DNA of 36,604 bases from Clostridium sp. (GTDB taxonomy: Bacteria > Bacillota > Clostridia > Clostridiales > Clostridiaceae): NCBI GenBank assembly GCA_038040705.1, contig JANZQE010000188.1:1-36604 (forward strand), in the 5' to 3' direction. Shown piece by piece: positions 9,937 to 20,537 of this stretch; the stretch's first letter is position 1; each line of letters begins with the position of its first letter. A program made the translations under genes and the position numbers. The notes under the pieces were generated by a model that saw nothing but the letters and a program-made list of their open reading frames with translations, did not search any database and had not been told where the DNA came from.

Positions 9937-11580
9937 GTGGAATACTTGAAAATTAACGGACAACAATTCCGGAACATGCTAATAAACGCATCTAATAGAT
10001 TAGAAGCAGAGAAAGAATATGTGAATGCACTAAATGTATTTCCAGTGCCAGATGGAGATACAGGTACTAATATGTCGATGACATTTAAGGCAGCGGTTTG
10101 TGAAATTGAAGATATGACAACTGAGTCTATTTCTGAGATATCGCAAAAACTAGCTAGAGGTGCGCTTATGGGTGCAAGGGGTAATTCAGGGGTAATACTA
10201 TCACAGATATTTAGAGGCATTGGTAAGGGCCTTGAGGGTATTTGCGAAGCTACTGCTGAAGAATTTGCTAAGAGCATATTAGAAGGTGCTAATTATGCAT
10301 ATAAAGCTGTAATGAGACCTACTGAAGGAACTATTTTAACTATTATTAGAGCTGCTGGTCATAGTGCAGTTGATAATAAAACATCTAACGTAGTTACACT
10401 TATGCAGGATATATGCAAGGATAGTAAAATCATGCTGGATAAAACTCCAGATATGCTTCCAGCATTAAAACAAGCTAATGTAGTTGATGCAGGTGGAATG
10501 GGACTTCTAATACTATTTAAAGGTATGTATGAATCCTTAAATAGTAATATGGAAGCTACAATTAATAAACTGCAAACCCCAGGTGCTGAACCGGAAATAG
10601 TATCACCTGGAGCATTAGGTATGCCCGTTCATATAGAATTTGGATATTGCACTGAACTTTTAGTTATAGCTGAAGATGTTGATACAAATAAACTAAAGAG
10701 TTATTTAGAAAAAATTGGAGACTCAATGGTTGTGGTTGCACAGGATGAATTTCTTAAAATTCATATACACACAAATGATCCTGGGCTAGTACTTTCAAAA
10801 GCAGTAACACTCGGAGAACTTTCTAAAGTTAAAATTGAAAATATGAGAGAACAACATAGAAATTTATTAGACCTTGATTATGAAGAAGTTGTGGAAACTG
10901 AGGTAGAACATGCTTCTGAAAGTAAAAAATATGGATTTATATCTGTTGCACTAGGAGAAGGTATTAAAAACATTTTCGAAGATTTAGGTGTGGATGTTGT
11001 AATACAGGGCGGACAAACTATGAACCCAAGTATACAAGACATATTAGATGGCATTAATAAAATTAACGCAGAAAACATATTTGTATTACCAAATAATAAA
11101 AATATAATTATGGCGGCAGTACAAGCGGCGGAGCTTTCAGATAAAAATGTTGTAGTTATTCCTTCTAAAACTATACCACAAGGAGTAACGGCTGTAACAA
11201 TGTTTAACGCAGAAGTTAGCGTAGAAGAAAATGAAAATACATTAAAAGAGGCAATTAAAAATGTTGCAACAGCTTCTGTAACATTTGCGGTTAAGGATAC
11301 TGAGTCAGATGGTAAGGTTATTAAAGAAGGAAATATTTTAGGCCTAGTAGAGCAAAACATTAAAGAGGTTGGAACAGATATTTATAAAGTCTGCGAATTA
11401 ATTATAGACAGCATGATCACCGAGGATAGCGAGCTAATTACAATTTTCTATGGAGAAGATTGTAATTCAAGTGAAGTTTCTGAGTTCATTTCTGAACTAG
11501 AACTTAAATATCCAGATATAGATATTCAGCATTATGATGGAAAACAACCACTATATTATTTTATTGCTTCAGTAGAATAA
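9937..11580 (+). CDS. fakA: DAK2-domain fatty acid kinase subunit A (YloV)
   Basis: LNVFPVPDGDTGTNM, GARGNSGVILSQ, YCTE, KIHIH and GGQTMNPS motifs. Confidence 0.92.
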   Translation: MEYLKINGQQFRNMLINASNRLEAEKEYVNALNVFPVPDGDTGTNMSMTFKAAVCEIEDMTTESISEISQKLARGALMGARGNSGVILSQIFRGIGKGLEGICEATAEEFAKSILEGANYAYKAVMRPTEGTILTIIRAAGHSAVDNKTSNVVTLMQDICKDSKIMLDKTPDMLPALKQANVVDAGGMGLLILFKGMYESLNSNMEATINKLQTPGAEPEIVSPGALGMPVHIEFGYCTELLVIAEDVDTNKLKSYLEKIGDSMVVVAQDEFLKIHIHTNDPGLVLSKAVTLGELSKVKIENMREQHRNLLDLDYEEVVETEVEHASESKKYGFISVALGEGIKNIFEDLGVDVVIQGGQTMNPSIQDILDGINKINAENIFVLPNNKNIIMAAVQAAELSDKNVVVIPSKTIPQGVTAVTMFNAEVSVEENENTLKEAIKNVATASVTFAVKDTESDGKVIKEGNILGLVEQNIKEVGTDIYKVCELIIDSMITEDSELITIFYGEDCNSSEVSEFISELELKYPDIDIQHYDGKQPLYYFIASVE

Positions 11581-11599
11581 AAGCCCTAGGGCTTTTTTT
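11579..11599 (+). terminator. Intrinsic terminator after fakA
   Basis: AAAAGCC-ctag-GGCTTTT followed by further Ts. Confidence 0.7.
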
Positions 11600-11637
11600 C
11601 TTATATGATTTAAAATCTTATTTTTGGAGTGGTATTT

Positions 11638-13674
11638 GTGGAAATTTATAGCGATATAAAATATATAAAGGGCGTTGGCCCTAAAATGGCCGAAATTTTA
11701 AATAAGTGTGGAATTTTTAATGTGCTAGATCTGCTATTGTATTTTCCTAGGGATTATGAACAAGTATCAGTAGGGAAAAGCATTCTAGAATGCATTGCAA
11801 GTGAAAAAACAATTGTAGAGTGTACTGTTTTAGAAGTATTAAGAGATCTTAGACTAAAAAATAATAAAACGCTTTCTACAATAGTTTTTTCTCAAGATGG
11901 AAATAAATTCAAAGGAAAATGGTTTAATCAAACCTACGCAAAAAATAGCTTTAAGATATCTAATAAATACATCATTACAGGTAAAGTGGATAAATTTAGG
12001 GAAGAAATTACAATTATGAATCCCAAAATATTAAAAAAAACATCAATGGATACAAATAAAATTATAGCTGTGTATCCGCTTAAAAATAATGTTACTAATA
12101 GTTTTTTTAATAAAATCATATCAGATGTGCTTTGTAACGTTGAAATAACAGAAAATTTACCGCAGTGGCTCCTTGAAAAATATAAGTTTTGTTCCCTAGA
12201 TGAGGCTACTCGAAATATTCATAGCCCTAAAAATTTACAACTTCTTAATGAATCAAAAAGGAGGCTTAAATTTCAAGAGCTATTTAACTATTCATTAAAA
12301 ATATTGATGCTTAAAGAGTTTATAAAATTTCATAACGAAGGCATTGTGTTTAAAATAGCGCCAGAACTTACTGTTTTAAAAAAGCTACTTCCTTTTGAGC
12401 TAACGAGTGCGCAAAGTAAAGTTGTAAGGGAAATACTGATAGACCAAAAGAAAGACAGAGGTATGAACAGACTTTTACAAGGAGATGTTGGAAGTGGTAA
12501 AACTATAGTTGCTATAATTACTATGTTTAATGTGGTGAAAAATGGTTATCAAGCTGCGCTTATGGCACCAACAGAAATATTAGCAAAGCAACATTTCGAA
12601 GAAATTAAAAAGGTGCTAAAAGATTTTCCACTTGAAATACAGATATTAAGTGGAAGTACATCACCCAAAAATAAAGAGCTAATCAAACAGCAGCTAAGAA
12701 GTGGAACTATTGATATAATTATTGGAACCCACGCACTTATCGAAGATAATGTAGAATTTAAGAACTTAGGAATGATTGTTACTGATGAACAGCATCGTTT
12801 TGGAGTATCGCAAAGAAATAGGTTTTCTAATAAAGGGAAAAATATAGATATACTTGTAATGACAGCTACGCCTATTCCAAGAACTTTATCCTTATACTTA
12901 TATGGTGATTTAGATGTGTCTATTATAGACGAATTACCACCAGGAAGACAGAAAATAGATACGTCCTACGAAAGTATGGCATCTAGAAGTCATGTGTATG
13001 AGTTTGCACTCAGTGAAATTAATAAGGGAAGGCAAGTTTATATTGTTTGTCCGCTTGTTGAAGAAAATGAAGAAATGAAGCTTAGCTCAGTGCAAGTGCT
13101 TTATGAAGAATTAAAAGAAAAATATTTTAGCGCTATAGAAATAGGAATGATATATGGTAAAATGAATGGTAAACACAAAATAGAAATCATGGAAAAATTC
13201 AAAAATGGAGAGATTAAGGCATTAATTTCAACTACTGTAATTGAAGTGGGGGTAAATGTACCTAATGCTACAATTATGATAATTGAAAACTCAGAAAGAT
13301 TTGGGCTTGCACAACTCCATCAACTTAGAGGAAGGGTAGGAAGAGGCGAACATAAGTCCTATTGTATACTACTTGCTAAAATTACAAGTAGCATAGTGAA
13401 AAGAAGACTAGATATACTTATAAAAAGTAATGATGGTTTTTTCATTGCAGAAGAAGATCTAAAAACCAGAGGTGGGGGAGAATTATTTGGATTTAGGCAA
13501 CATGGTGAATCAGGACTAATTCTAGCTGATATAATTGAAGATATTAATATTTTAAAACTAGCAAATAGTGAGGCAAAAAAGTTAATAGAAAGCGATAATA
13601 TCGAAGACCAGAAGATAAAAAATAAAATAATAGAAAAAATAGAACAAAATTCTAATTACATATGCTTTAATTAA
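11638..13674 (+). CDS. recG: ATP-dependent DNA helicase RecG
   Basis: LLQGDVGSGKT, DEQHRFG, MTATPIPR and QLHQLRGRVGRG motifs; GGAG at 11626 favours GTG 11638. Confidence 0.97.
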   Translation: MEIYSDIKYIKGVGPKMAEILNKCGIFNVLDLLLYFPRDYEQVSVGKSILECIASEKTIVECTVLEVLRDLRLKNNKTLSTIVFSQDGNKFKGKWFNQTYAKNSFKISNKYIITGKVDKFREEITIMNPKILKKTSMDTNKIIAVYPLKNNVTNSFFNKIISDVLCNVEITENLPQWLLEKYKFCSLDEATRNIHSPKNLQLLNESKRRLKFQELFNYSLKILMLKEFIKFHNEGIVFKIAPELTVLKKLLPFELTSAQSKVVREILIDQKKDRGMNRLLQGDVGSGKTIVAIITMFNVVKNGYQAALMAPTEILAKQHFEEIKKVLKDFPLEIQILSGSTSPKNKELIKQQLRSGTIDIIIGTHALIEDNVEFKNLGMIVTDEQHRFGVSQRNRFSNKGKNIDILVMTATPIPRTLSLYLYGDLDVSIIDELPPGRQKIDTSYESMASRSHVYEFALSEINKGRQVYIVCPLVEENEEMKLSSVQVLYEELKEKYFSAIEIGMIYGKMNGKHKIEIMEKFKNGEIKALISTTVIEVGVNVPNATIMIIENSERFGLAQLHQLRGRVGRGEHKSYCILLAKITSSIVKRRLDILIKSNDGFFIAEEDLKTRGGGELFGFRQHGESGLILADIIEDINILKLANSEAKKLIESDNIEDQKIKNKIIEKIEQNSNYICFN

Positions 13675-13682
13675 AGATATCT

Positions 13683-13711
13683 TTGTATAAATTACAAATA
13701 TATGATAAAAT
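13683..13711 (+). promoter_or_regulatory. Putative sigma-A promoter of rsmD-coaD
   Basis: TTGTAT-N17-TAAAAT with extended TG. Confidence 0.6.
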
Positions 13712-13746
13712 ATTAGCGAAACTGGCTAAGATGGAGGGATAAACAC

Positions 13747-14313
13747 ATGAGAATTATTTCAGGAAGTGCAAGAGGAAGAAAATTATTATCCCCAATTGGT
13801 ATGGGAACAAGGCCTACATTAGATAGAATAAAAGAATCCATGTTTAGTATAATACAAAATAAAGTAAGAGGTTCCATTGTGGTTGATATGTTTTCAGGTA
13901 CTGGTAGCTTAGGGCTTGAAGCGGTAAGTAGAGGAGCAGCCATGTGTTATTTAATTGATATGGGGGATACTACATTTGAAATGTTACAAAACAATGTAGA
14001 TAATTTAAAGTTCAATGATAAATGTAAATGTTTGAAAGGCGATACGTATAAATACATGCAACAGTTTTCAGATGAGAAAATTGTATTTGATTTAATTTTC
14101 ATAGATCCACCATATGCAAAAGACATGATTCCACCCGCTATTGAAATTATTGCGACAAATGGACTTTTAAGTAAAGATGGACTTATTGTTTGTAAAATAG
14201 ATTCTGCAGAAGAAGTATATCAAGGGAACTCTATTATTAATCTTTCTGATTTAAGAAAATATGGTAATACTACTGTACTGATTTACGAATATAAGGAAAA
14301 AGTGGAGGCATAA
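13747..14313 (+). CDS. rsmD: 16S rRNA m2G966 methyltransferase
   Basis: [26 protein letters not shown] and DPPY motifs. Confidence 0.95.
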   Translation: MRIISGSARGRKLLSPIGMGTRPTLDRIKESMFSIIQNKVRGSIVVDMFSGTGSLGLEAVSRGAAMCYLIDMGDTTFEMLQNNVDNLKFNDKCKCLKGDTYKYMQQFSDEKIVFDLIFIDPPYAKDMIPPAIEIIATNGLLSKDGLIVCKIDSAEEVYQGNSIINLSDLRKYGNTTVLIYEYKEKVEA

Positions 14314-14314
14314 C

Positions 14315-14797
14315 ATGAAAAAAGCAATTTGCCCTGGAAGTTTTGATCCAATAACCAACGGACATTTAGATATTATTGAGAGGGCGTCTAGAGTCTTTGA
14401 TGAATTAATTGTAGGAGTACTAGTTAACCCTGAGAAAGAAAATCTCTTTTCTGCCGATGAGAGAGTACAGCAAATAAAAAAACTAGTGAAAGAATTGCCC
14501 AATGTAAAAGTTAAAAAGTTTAGTGGCTTACTTGTCAATCTAATGAATAAAGAAGGCGCTGGAGTTATTATAAAAGGACTTAGGGCTGTTTCAGATTTTG
14601 AATATGAGTATCAAATGGCATCAATGAATAACAAATTGGATCCAAGTAAAGAAACTATGTTTATGATGACAAAAGCAGAATATTCATATCTAAGTTCTTC
14701 ATCAGTTAAACAGGTTGCAATGTTTGGTGGTTGTATTAAAGGATTAGTACCAGATGAAATTATTCCAGATATTATTAGGAAAATGAATTCTAAATAG
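14315..14797 (+). CDS. coaD: Phosphopantetheine adenylyltransferase
   Basis: [11 protein letters not shown] and [11 protein letters not shown] motifs. Confidence 0.97.
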   Translation: MKKAICPGSFDPITNGHLDIIERASRVFDELIVGVLVNPEKENLFSADERVQQIKKLVKELPNVKVKKFSGLLVNLMNKEGAGVIIKGLRAVSDFEYEYQMASMNNKLDPSKETMFMMTKAEYSYLSSSSVKQVAMFGGCIKGLVPDEIIPDIIRKMNSK

Positions 14798-14807
14798 GGG
14801 GATAAGT

Positions 14808-15332
14808 ATGGATGTTATAAAGCTTTTAGATTATCTACAAGAAATTATAGAGAGCTCGTCTAAAATACCTGTTACGGGTAAGGCAGTTATAAACAAAAGA
14901 GAAATATTGGATATAATTGATCAAATTATAAATCACATGCCAGATGAATTTAAGAAGGCGGAGTGGATCTGTGATGAAAAAGAGCGGATTCTTGTTGATG
15001 CTAAAAATCAAGCAAAGATTTTTGAGGAAGATACTATTGACAAAATAAGAAGAAGAGTTGAAAAGCAAGACTTAGTTAAAGAAGCTCAAATAAGAGCTGA
15101 AGAAATTATTGCCGCAGCTCAAAGAGACGGTAAAATTATGCGCCTTGGTGCTAAAGACTATGCGGATGAAATATTATCTCAATTAGACAAAGAGATAGAA
15201 GAAAAAGGCCAGCAAATGGTGCATAATATTAAAGAGGATGTTCAAGAGTTCCTAATATCCATGCAGGGACAAGTTACAGGTACAACAACTTCCATCAGAG
15301 AAAATGTAAAAGAACTAAGAAGTATGAAATAG
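14808..15332 (+). CDS. Coiled-coil protein, SepIVA/Cdv3 (DivIVA-related)-like
   Basis: N-terminal LDxLxEIIE...P.T pattern and AEEIIAAA-type helical repeats; immediately after coaD. Confidence 0.7.
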   Translation: MDVIKLLDYLQEIIESSSKIPVTGKAVINKREILDIIDQIINHMPDEFKKAEWICDEKERILVDAKNQAKIFEEDTIDKIRRRVEKQDLVKEAQIRAEEIIAAAQRDGKIMRLGAKDYADEILSQLDKEIEEKGQQMVHNIKEDVQEFLISMQGQVTGTTTSIRENVKELRSMK

Positions 15333-16487
15333 TTTAATTAAATTTGTAAGAAATATGGGAATAATTAAAGTAATTAAAATCATAATATATAAATTACTAT
15401 TGCTATATACACTACTGTTACTGAAGGTAATAATTGATGTGGTATGTAGGAATACATAGTATAAAATTATTGATAAAGTTGAAGAAATTATTGCTTGAAC
15501 AAATTTTCGGACCACGTATTTTTTCATTGATACATTATATTTATATGTATAACTATAAACCTGAGATATAATAGACAAGCCACTAAAAGCAATTAAAAAA
15601 CTTAGCATTGGAAGTTTTACAATTAAACTTGAATTACTAGATGATATTAAATTGCAACCATTAGTTACCTCTAACATTCCGAGTATTAAACCTTCTATAA
15701 AATCACTAGAAAAGCCCAAAATTAAAGAAAGCTTATTAAGGACAATGTGAAATATGACATTGTCTTTTATTATTCCAGTGATTATTGAGAATATTACTAT
15801 GAAACCACCTATATTTAAGGAGTTTTTTATGGCATCTTCAATGCTGTTTTTAAATGTTATACCAAAATTTATATTTGTGTTTGGTTGTTTTTGAGAATTA
15901 TTACTTATGACTTTACCAAAAGTATTCTTTGAGGGAATGATAAATCCCATTAACATGCAGGATAAGATATTAGAAAGTAATAATAAATAGCCCATTTTAC
16001 TACTTGACATCATAGAAGCACCTACAGTACCTATAACAAATAAGGGGCTTGCATTAGATGCAATATTAAGCAATCTTTCACAGGTGTCTAAGTCTATTAT
16101 TTTTTTTTCATACAGAGCGCAAGTATACCGTGCACCCAAAGGATAACCACAAAGCACACTGACAATGAGTGCGATAGTAGACTCCTTCGGTAGTTTTAGC
16201 GGCTTACAAATTAGATTGCCTAGAAGTTTAGAATAAATGTTAATGCCATTGTAGTTTATTATAATATTTATAAGAACTAAAAATGGGAAAAGAGAGGGAA
16301 AAACTGCATAGAAGAATAATTTTGTTCCGGATATAGTGTAGCGAATACAAATATTTGGGTTAAGTATCATTTGAAGAATAATAAGAGAACAAATTATTGT
16401 TATTAGAAGATTTATCTTTAAAGTTTTTAATAGTTTAAATAATAAGAATATTATAGAAATTAACAATATAACTAATAGTAACTTCAA
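15315..16487 (-). CDS. ylbJ: Sporulation integral membrane protein YlbJ (SpoVV family)
   Basis: Polytopic protein with FPSLFPF, GYPLGA and LEVTNG motifs; TTG start with AAGGGG RBS. Confidence 0.88.
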   Translation of the reverse strand: MKLLLVILLISIIFLLFKLLKTLKINLLITIICSLIILQMILNPNICIRYTISGTKLFFYAVFPSLFPFLVLINIIINYNGINIYSKLLGNLICKPLKLPKESTIALIVSVLCGYPLGARYTCALYEKKIIDLDTCERLLNIASNASPLFVIGTVGASMMSSSKMGYLLLLSNILSCMLMGFIIPSKNTFGKVISNNSQKQPNTNINFGITFKNSIEDAIKNSLNIGGFIVIFSIITGIIKDNVIFHIVLNKLSLILGFSSDFIEGLILGMLEVTNGCNLISSSNSSLIVKLPMLSFLIAFSGLSIISQVYSYTYKYNVSMKKYVVRKFVQAIISSTLSIILYYVFLHTTSIITFSNSSVYSNSNLYIMILITLIIPIFLTNLIKLFHTS

Positions 16488-16519
16488 GTCTAAACCCCTT
16501 TTTTATTAGTACTCAATTA

Positions 16520-16548
16520 AATATATTTTAAAGAACGTAAACTTATGT
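16520..16548 (-). promoter_or_regulatory. Putative sigma-E promoter of ylbJ
   Basis: Minus strand ACATAAG-N14-AATATATT; ylbJ is SigE-controlled in B. subtilis. Confidence 0.45.
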
Positions 16549-16573
16549 ACTTTAAACAATAATTTTAAATATA

Positions 16574-16611
16574 ATAAATTCTACTATCTGTTAAGAGGTA
16601 GTAGAATTTAT
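16574..16611 (-). terminator. Hairpin directly downstream of tmcAL
   Basis: ATAAATTCTACTA...TAGTAGAATTTAT, 13-bp perfect arms just after the stop codon. Confidence 0.7.
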
Positions 16612-16613
16612 CT

Positions 16614-17837
16614 TTAATCTATAATTATAGGTGATATTAAATAATCACTATTATAAGCTAAACTATTATTTATAAGGCTGTAAGCTCCCGTAGATTGAAT
16701 ATCTAACTTCAAGGTTTCGCTCAGAGTTTTAGGGATTTTAGTGTAAAGTGGAATGCTACTGTTTGATTTTATGGATTTCAGAATTGATTTTCCCTTAGAG
16801 TTAAAACCTAAAACACGGGCATAAGGGGAAGGCATTGACCTTAATTTTTTGGTGTCAAAGTCATCAAACCCTATAAAATATTGGCATAAGATTCTACTAA
16901 GCCTCGTGTAAGTGTACCGTCTGCTTTTCATATCTTCTAGCGCACTAGAGTAGCTTATGTTGTTTTGCACGGATTTTATAATTTTATTATGTAGGCCTTC
17001 TGACACATCTGGTAAATTCTCCAATGAGTTTTTTGATGTTAGACATTTGTGTTTTATGTAAGGAAACATAGAATCTTCAAAGGCAAATTTATAATTATTT
17101 GAGTATAAGTTTTGAATTTCAGCTAATACTGAATTTGGGACGTGATCTTTTAGTTTATCAACTGAGCCATTTTCTTTCATAAATTTTCTAATAGCTGTAG
17201 CACTTGAAAATTCTGCATGTAAATTATTACTATTAAATGATGCACCTTCTCTTTTTAAGGTGTAGGGCGTGATAGAACTATTTAATTTAATTAAGCTTTT
17301 GCAGTATTCAATACCTAGTATGTTGTTAGAGGAATTTAAGAAGTCATGAAACAAAGTGCTTGACATGTCTCTCTTTGAATTTATTAAATAATCATAAAGT
17401 GCATTAGCTCTAGCTATAGGGTAACCTGTTCCCTTAGATAAATAGGTTTTTAATAGTGTTTTAAAGGCAATAGGTTCTTTAGACAATATATTTGCAATAC
17501 TATTTATATCGCAAATATCATCGTGCTCAGAGCCAAAGCAAATACTGTCCACTACTCCTAAGCTATTTAAAAGACTCACAGCACCATGGGAAAAAAATTC
17601 TGCTGAAGATACACTGTAAATAGTTGGTAGTTCTATTACTAGGTCTACACCACTGTTTAAAGCCATCTTAGTTTTTGTCCATTTGTCCACAGTAGATGGG
17701 ATTCCACGTTGAGCAAAATTTCCGCTCATAACACTAATTAGGACATCACTATTTGTGAGTTCTTTTGTTTTATTGATATGATATAAGTGACCGTTATGTA
17801 ATGGGTTATACTCAACAATTATACCGGAAATATTCAT
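16614..17837 (-). CDS. tmcAL: tRNA(Met) cytidine acetate ligase (YlbM/UPF0348 nucleotidyltransferase)
   Basis: EYNPLHNGH, VMSGNF, NNILGIEY and SATAIR motifs; AGGAGGTGA RBS supports ATG 17837. Confidence 0.9.
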   Translation of the reverse strand: MNISGIIVEYNPLHNGHLYHINKTKELTNSDVLISVMSGNFAQRGIPSTVDKWTKTKMALNSGVDLVIELPTIYSVSSAEFFSHGAVSLLNSLGVVDSICFGSEHDDICDINSIANILSKEPIAFKTLLKTYLSKGTGYPIARANALYDYLINSKRDMSSTLFHDFLNSSNNILGIEYCKSLIKLNSSITPYTLKREGASFNSNNLHAEFSSATAIRKFMKENGSVDKLKDHVPNSVLAEIQNLYSNNYKFAFEDSMFPYIKHKCLTSKNSLENLPDVSEGLHNKIIKSVQNNISYSSALEDMKSRRYTYTRLSRILCQYFIGFDDFDTKKLRSMPSPYARVLGFNSKGKSILKSIKSNSSIPLYTKIPKTLSETLKLDIQSTGAYSLINNSLAYNSDYLISPIIID

Positions 17838-18029
17838 TGAATCACCTCCTGATAGCTTTCGTATAAGATAATTATACAAATTGTCTATATATATTAATTA
17901 TAGGCTAATAACTATTATATAGTATAAAACAAATAAACAAAAGCAAGTATATTGTGATAAAAAAGAAAAGAGACCGAATACTATGAATATATAAAATATT
18001 AGATATATAAAGCATTTTACGTTTTTATG

Positions 18030-18059
18030 TTGAAATGTATAGTGTAAAAGGAGTATATT
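18030..18059 (+). promoter_or_regulatory. Putative sigma-A promoter of pta-ackA
   Basis: TTGAAA-N18-TATATT. Confidence 0.5.
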
Positions 18060-18102
18060 ATTAGTGTACACAAGTCAATAATAACAGAGAGGAGAAACAA
18101 GA

Positions 18103-19104
18103 ATGACATTTATAGAGAAAATATGTAAAAGAGCGCAAGAAGATATAAGGAGAATAGTACTTCCAGAAGGGGAAGAAGAAAGAACTATAAAAGCTAGTGA
18201 AACAATTAATAAAAATTCAATAGCTAAGATTATATTAGTAGGTAATAAAGGTGCAATACAAAAAAAAGCAACGGAACTCGGAGTTGATATCTCCGGAGTA
18301 GAAATTGTGGATCCTACTACTTCTGAAAAAACGGATGCTTATGCAAAGGAATTTTATGAATTAAGAAAACACAAAGGAATGACTGTAGAACAAGCATCAG
18401 AGACAATGAAAGATACAATGTATTTCGGAACTATGATGGTTAAAATGGGAGACGCTGACGGATTAGTGTCAGGAGCAATACATGCTACAGGAGACTTACT
18501 AAGACCTGGAATGCAGATTATAAAAACTGCACCGGGGATTAAGGTTGTTTCAAGTTTCTTTATAATGGAATTACCTAGCAATGAATATGGAGAGGATGGC
18601 CTGCTTTTATTTGCAGATTGTGCAGTTAATCCAAATCCTAATTCAGAAGAATTAGCTTCTATAGCTATTAGCACAGCAGAAAATGCAAAACTTTTATGTA
18701 ATTTTGAACCTAAGGTTGCTATGTTATCTTTCTCTACTATGGGAAGTGCAAAGCATGAATTAGTTGATAAAGTAGTAAAAGCCACTGAAATTGCAAAAAA
18801 TGCTAGACCTGATTTACAAATAGATGGAGAGCTTCAGTTAGATGCAGCTATCGTTCAAAGTGTAGGAAAATTAAAGGCACCAGGCAGTACTGTGGCTGGA
18901 AATGCAAATGTTTTAGTATTCCCAGATTTACAATCTGGAAATATCGGATACAAATTAGTACAAAGATTTGCTAAAGCAGAAGCTATTGGACCTGTAAGTC
19001 AAGGATTTGCAAAGCCTATAAATGATCTTTCAAGAGGTTGCAGTGTGGAAGATATAGTTAATGTTGTTGCCGTAACAGCAGTTCAAGCTCAAATACAAAA
19101 ATAG
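18103..19104 (+). CDS. pta: Phosphate acetyltransferase
   Basis: IVLPEG, FADCAV, LSFST, DGELQLDAA and DLSRG motifs. Confidence 0.97.
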   Translation: MTFIEKICKRAQEDIRRIVLPEGEEERTIKASETINKNSIAKIILVGNKGAIQKKATELGVDISGVEIVDPTTSEKTDAYAKEFYELRKHKGMTVEQASETMKDTMYFGTMMVKMGDADGLVSGAIHATGDLLRPGMQIIKTAPGIKVVSSFFIMELPSNEYGEDGLLLFADCAVNPNPNSEELASIAISTAENAKLLCNFEPKVAMLSFSTMGSAKHELVDKVVKATEIAKNARPDLQIDGELQLDAAIVQSVGKLKAPGSTVAGNANVLVFPDLQSGNIGYKLVQRFAKAEAIGPVSQGFAKPINDLSRGCSVEDIVNVVAVTAVQAQIQK

Positions 19105-19147
19105 TTTTGATATTAAAATATATACATAAGTTTAGGAGGCAAATTAA

Positions 19148-20341
19148 ATGAAAATACTAGTTATAAATTGTGGAAGCTCATCGTTAAAATATCAATTGAT
19201 AAACATGGAAAATGAAGAATGTTTAGCACTAGGGTTAGTAGAAAGAATAGGAATGGAAGGAGCAAAATTAACTCAAAAGGCTAAGGGAGAAAAATACATA
19301 ATTGAAGAGACTATGAAAGATCATACAGATGCCATTAGATTAGTGCTTGGAGCACTTGTTGACAATGATCATGGTGTTATTAAAGAATTATCAGAAATAG
19401 GTGCTGTAGGTCATAGAATCGTTCATGGTGGTGAAAAATATGCGGGATCAGTCATAGTTACTGATGAAGTAATGAAAAACTTAGAAGAATGTTCAAAACT
19501 TGCACCACTTCACAACCCAGCTAATATAATTGGAATTAATGCTTGTAGTGCTTTAATGCCGAATATTCCAATGGTAGCTGTATTTGATACAGCATTTCAT
19601 CAAACAATGCCAGAAGTTGCATATATATACCCACTTCCATATGAGCTTTATACAGAAAATAGCATTAGAAAATATGGATTCCATGGTACATCTCATAATT
19701 ATGTTTCAACTAAAGCTGCAGAAATGATGGGTAAAGATATAAAAGATTTAAAATTAATTACTTGTCACTTAGGAAATGGAGCAAGTATTTGTGCGGTACA
19801 AAATGGTAAATCAGTAGAAACAAGTATGGGATTTACTCCACTTGAAGGAATAGCTATGGGAACTAGGTGTGGAAGTATAGACCCAGCTATATTAATTTAT
19901 ATAATGCAAGAATTAAACTTAACAATTGATGAAGTAAATGATATGATGAATAAAAAATCTGGAGTACTAGGAATATCTGGAATAAGTAGTGATTTTAGAG
20001 ATATAGAAACAGCTGCATGGGAAGATGGAAATCATAGAGCGCAGTTAGCACTTGATGTATTTACTTATAAAGTTAAGAAATTCATAGGTTCTTATGCTGC
20101 AGTAATGGGTGGCGTAGATGCTATTATATTTACAGCTGGACTTGGTGAAAACTCTCCAGAAACAAGAGAAACAGTTTGTGATGGATTGGAATTTTTGGGA
20201 GCCGTTTTAGATAAGTCTAAAAATAAGGTTCGTGGAAAAGCTGTAGAAATAAACACAGAAGATTCTAAAACAAAAATATTTGTTATTCCAACAAATGAAG
20301 AATTAGTAATTGCAAGAGATACTGAATCTTTAATAAAATAA
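19148..20341 (+). CDS. ackA: Acetate kinase
   Basis: [26 protein letters not shown] and PTNEE motifs. Confidence 0.97.
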   Translation: MKILVINCGSSSLKYQLINMENEECLALGLVERIGMEGAKLTQKAKGEKYIIEETMKDHTDAIRLVLGALVDNDHGVIKELSEIGAVGHRIVHGGEKYAGSVIVTDEVMKNLEECSKLAPLHNPANIIGINACSALMPNIPMVAVFDTAFHQTMPEVAYIYPLPYELYTENSIRKYGFHGTSHNYVSTKAAEMMGKDIKDLKLITCHLGNGASICAVQNGKSVETSMGFTPLEGIAMGTRCGSIDPAILIYIMQELNLTIDEVNDMMNKKSGVLGISGISSDFRDIETAAWEDGNHRAQLALDVFTYKVKKFIGSYAAVMGGVDAIIFTAGLGENSPETRETVCDGLEFLGAVLDKSKNKVRGKAVEINTEDSKTKIFVIPTNEELVIARDTESLIK

Positions 20342-20369
20342 AATTGCTAATTTCTATGATAAATAATTC

Positions 20370-20398
20370 TTGACTTTTTACTGTATTTTTTATATAAT
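20370..20398 (+). promoter_or_regulatory. Strong sigma-A promoter upstream of DUF177-rpmF
   Basis: TTGACT-N17-TATAAT. Confidence 0.8.
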
Positions 20399-20537
20399 AG
20401 TCTGTGTTTGATGTTAGTAAAAAAGAATTTAGTTAGGAGGGACGCAGAAGCTTTACTCGAGCTGTATAATTTTATTATACAATGTATAAAGATTTTTTTT
20501 ATATGAGAAAAAACTGAATAGCATTTAGTTTTTCAGA

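Noticed and set aside
13682-13698. TTTGTA-N5-TACAAA dyad over the rsmD promoter
   Set aside because: Six-bp AT-rich arms are expected by chance, and the spacing does not fit Rex or other boxes I know.
16574-16611. TAAATTCTACT resembles the start of a Cas12a repeat handle
   Set aside because: Single inverted pair, no spacers and no cas genes; explained as the tmcAL terminator hairpin.
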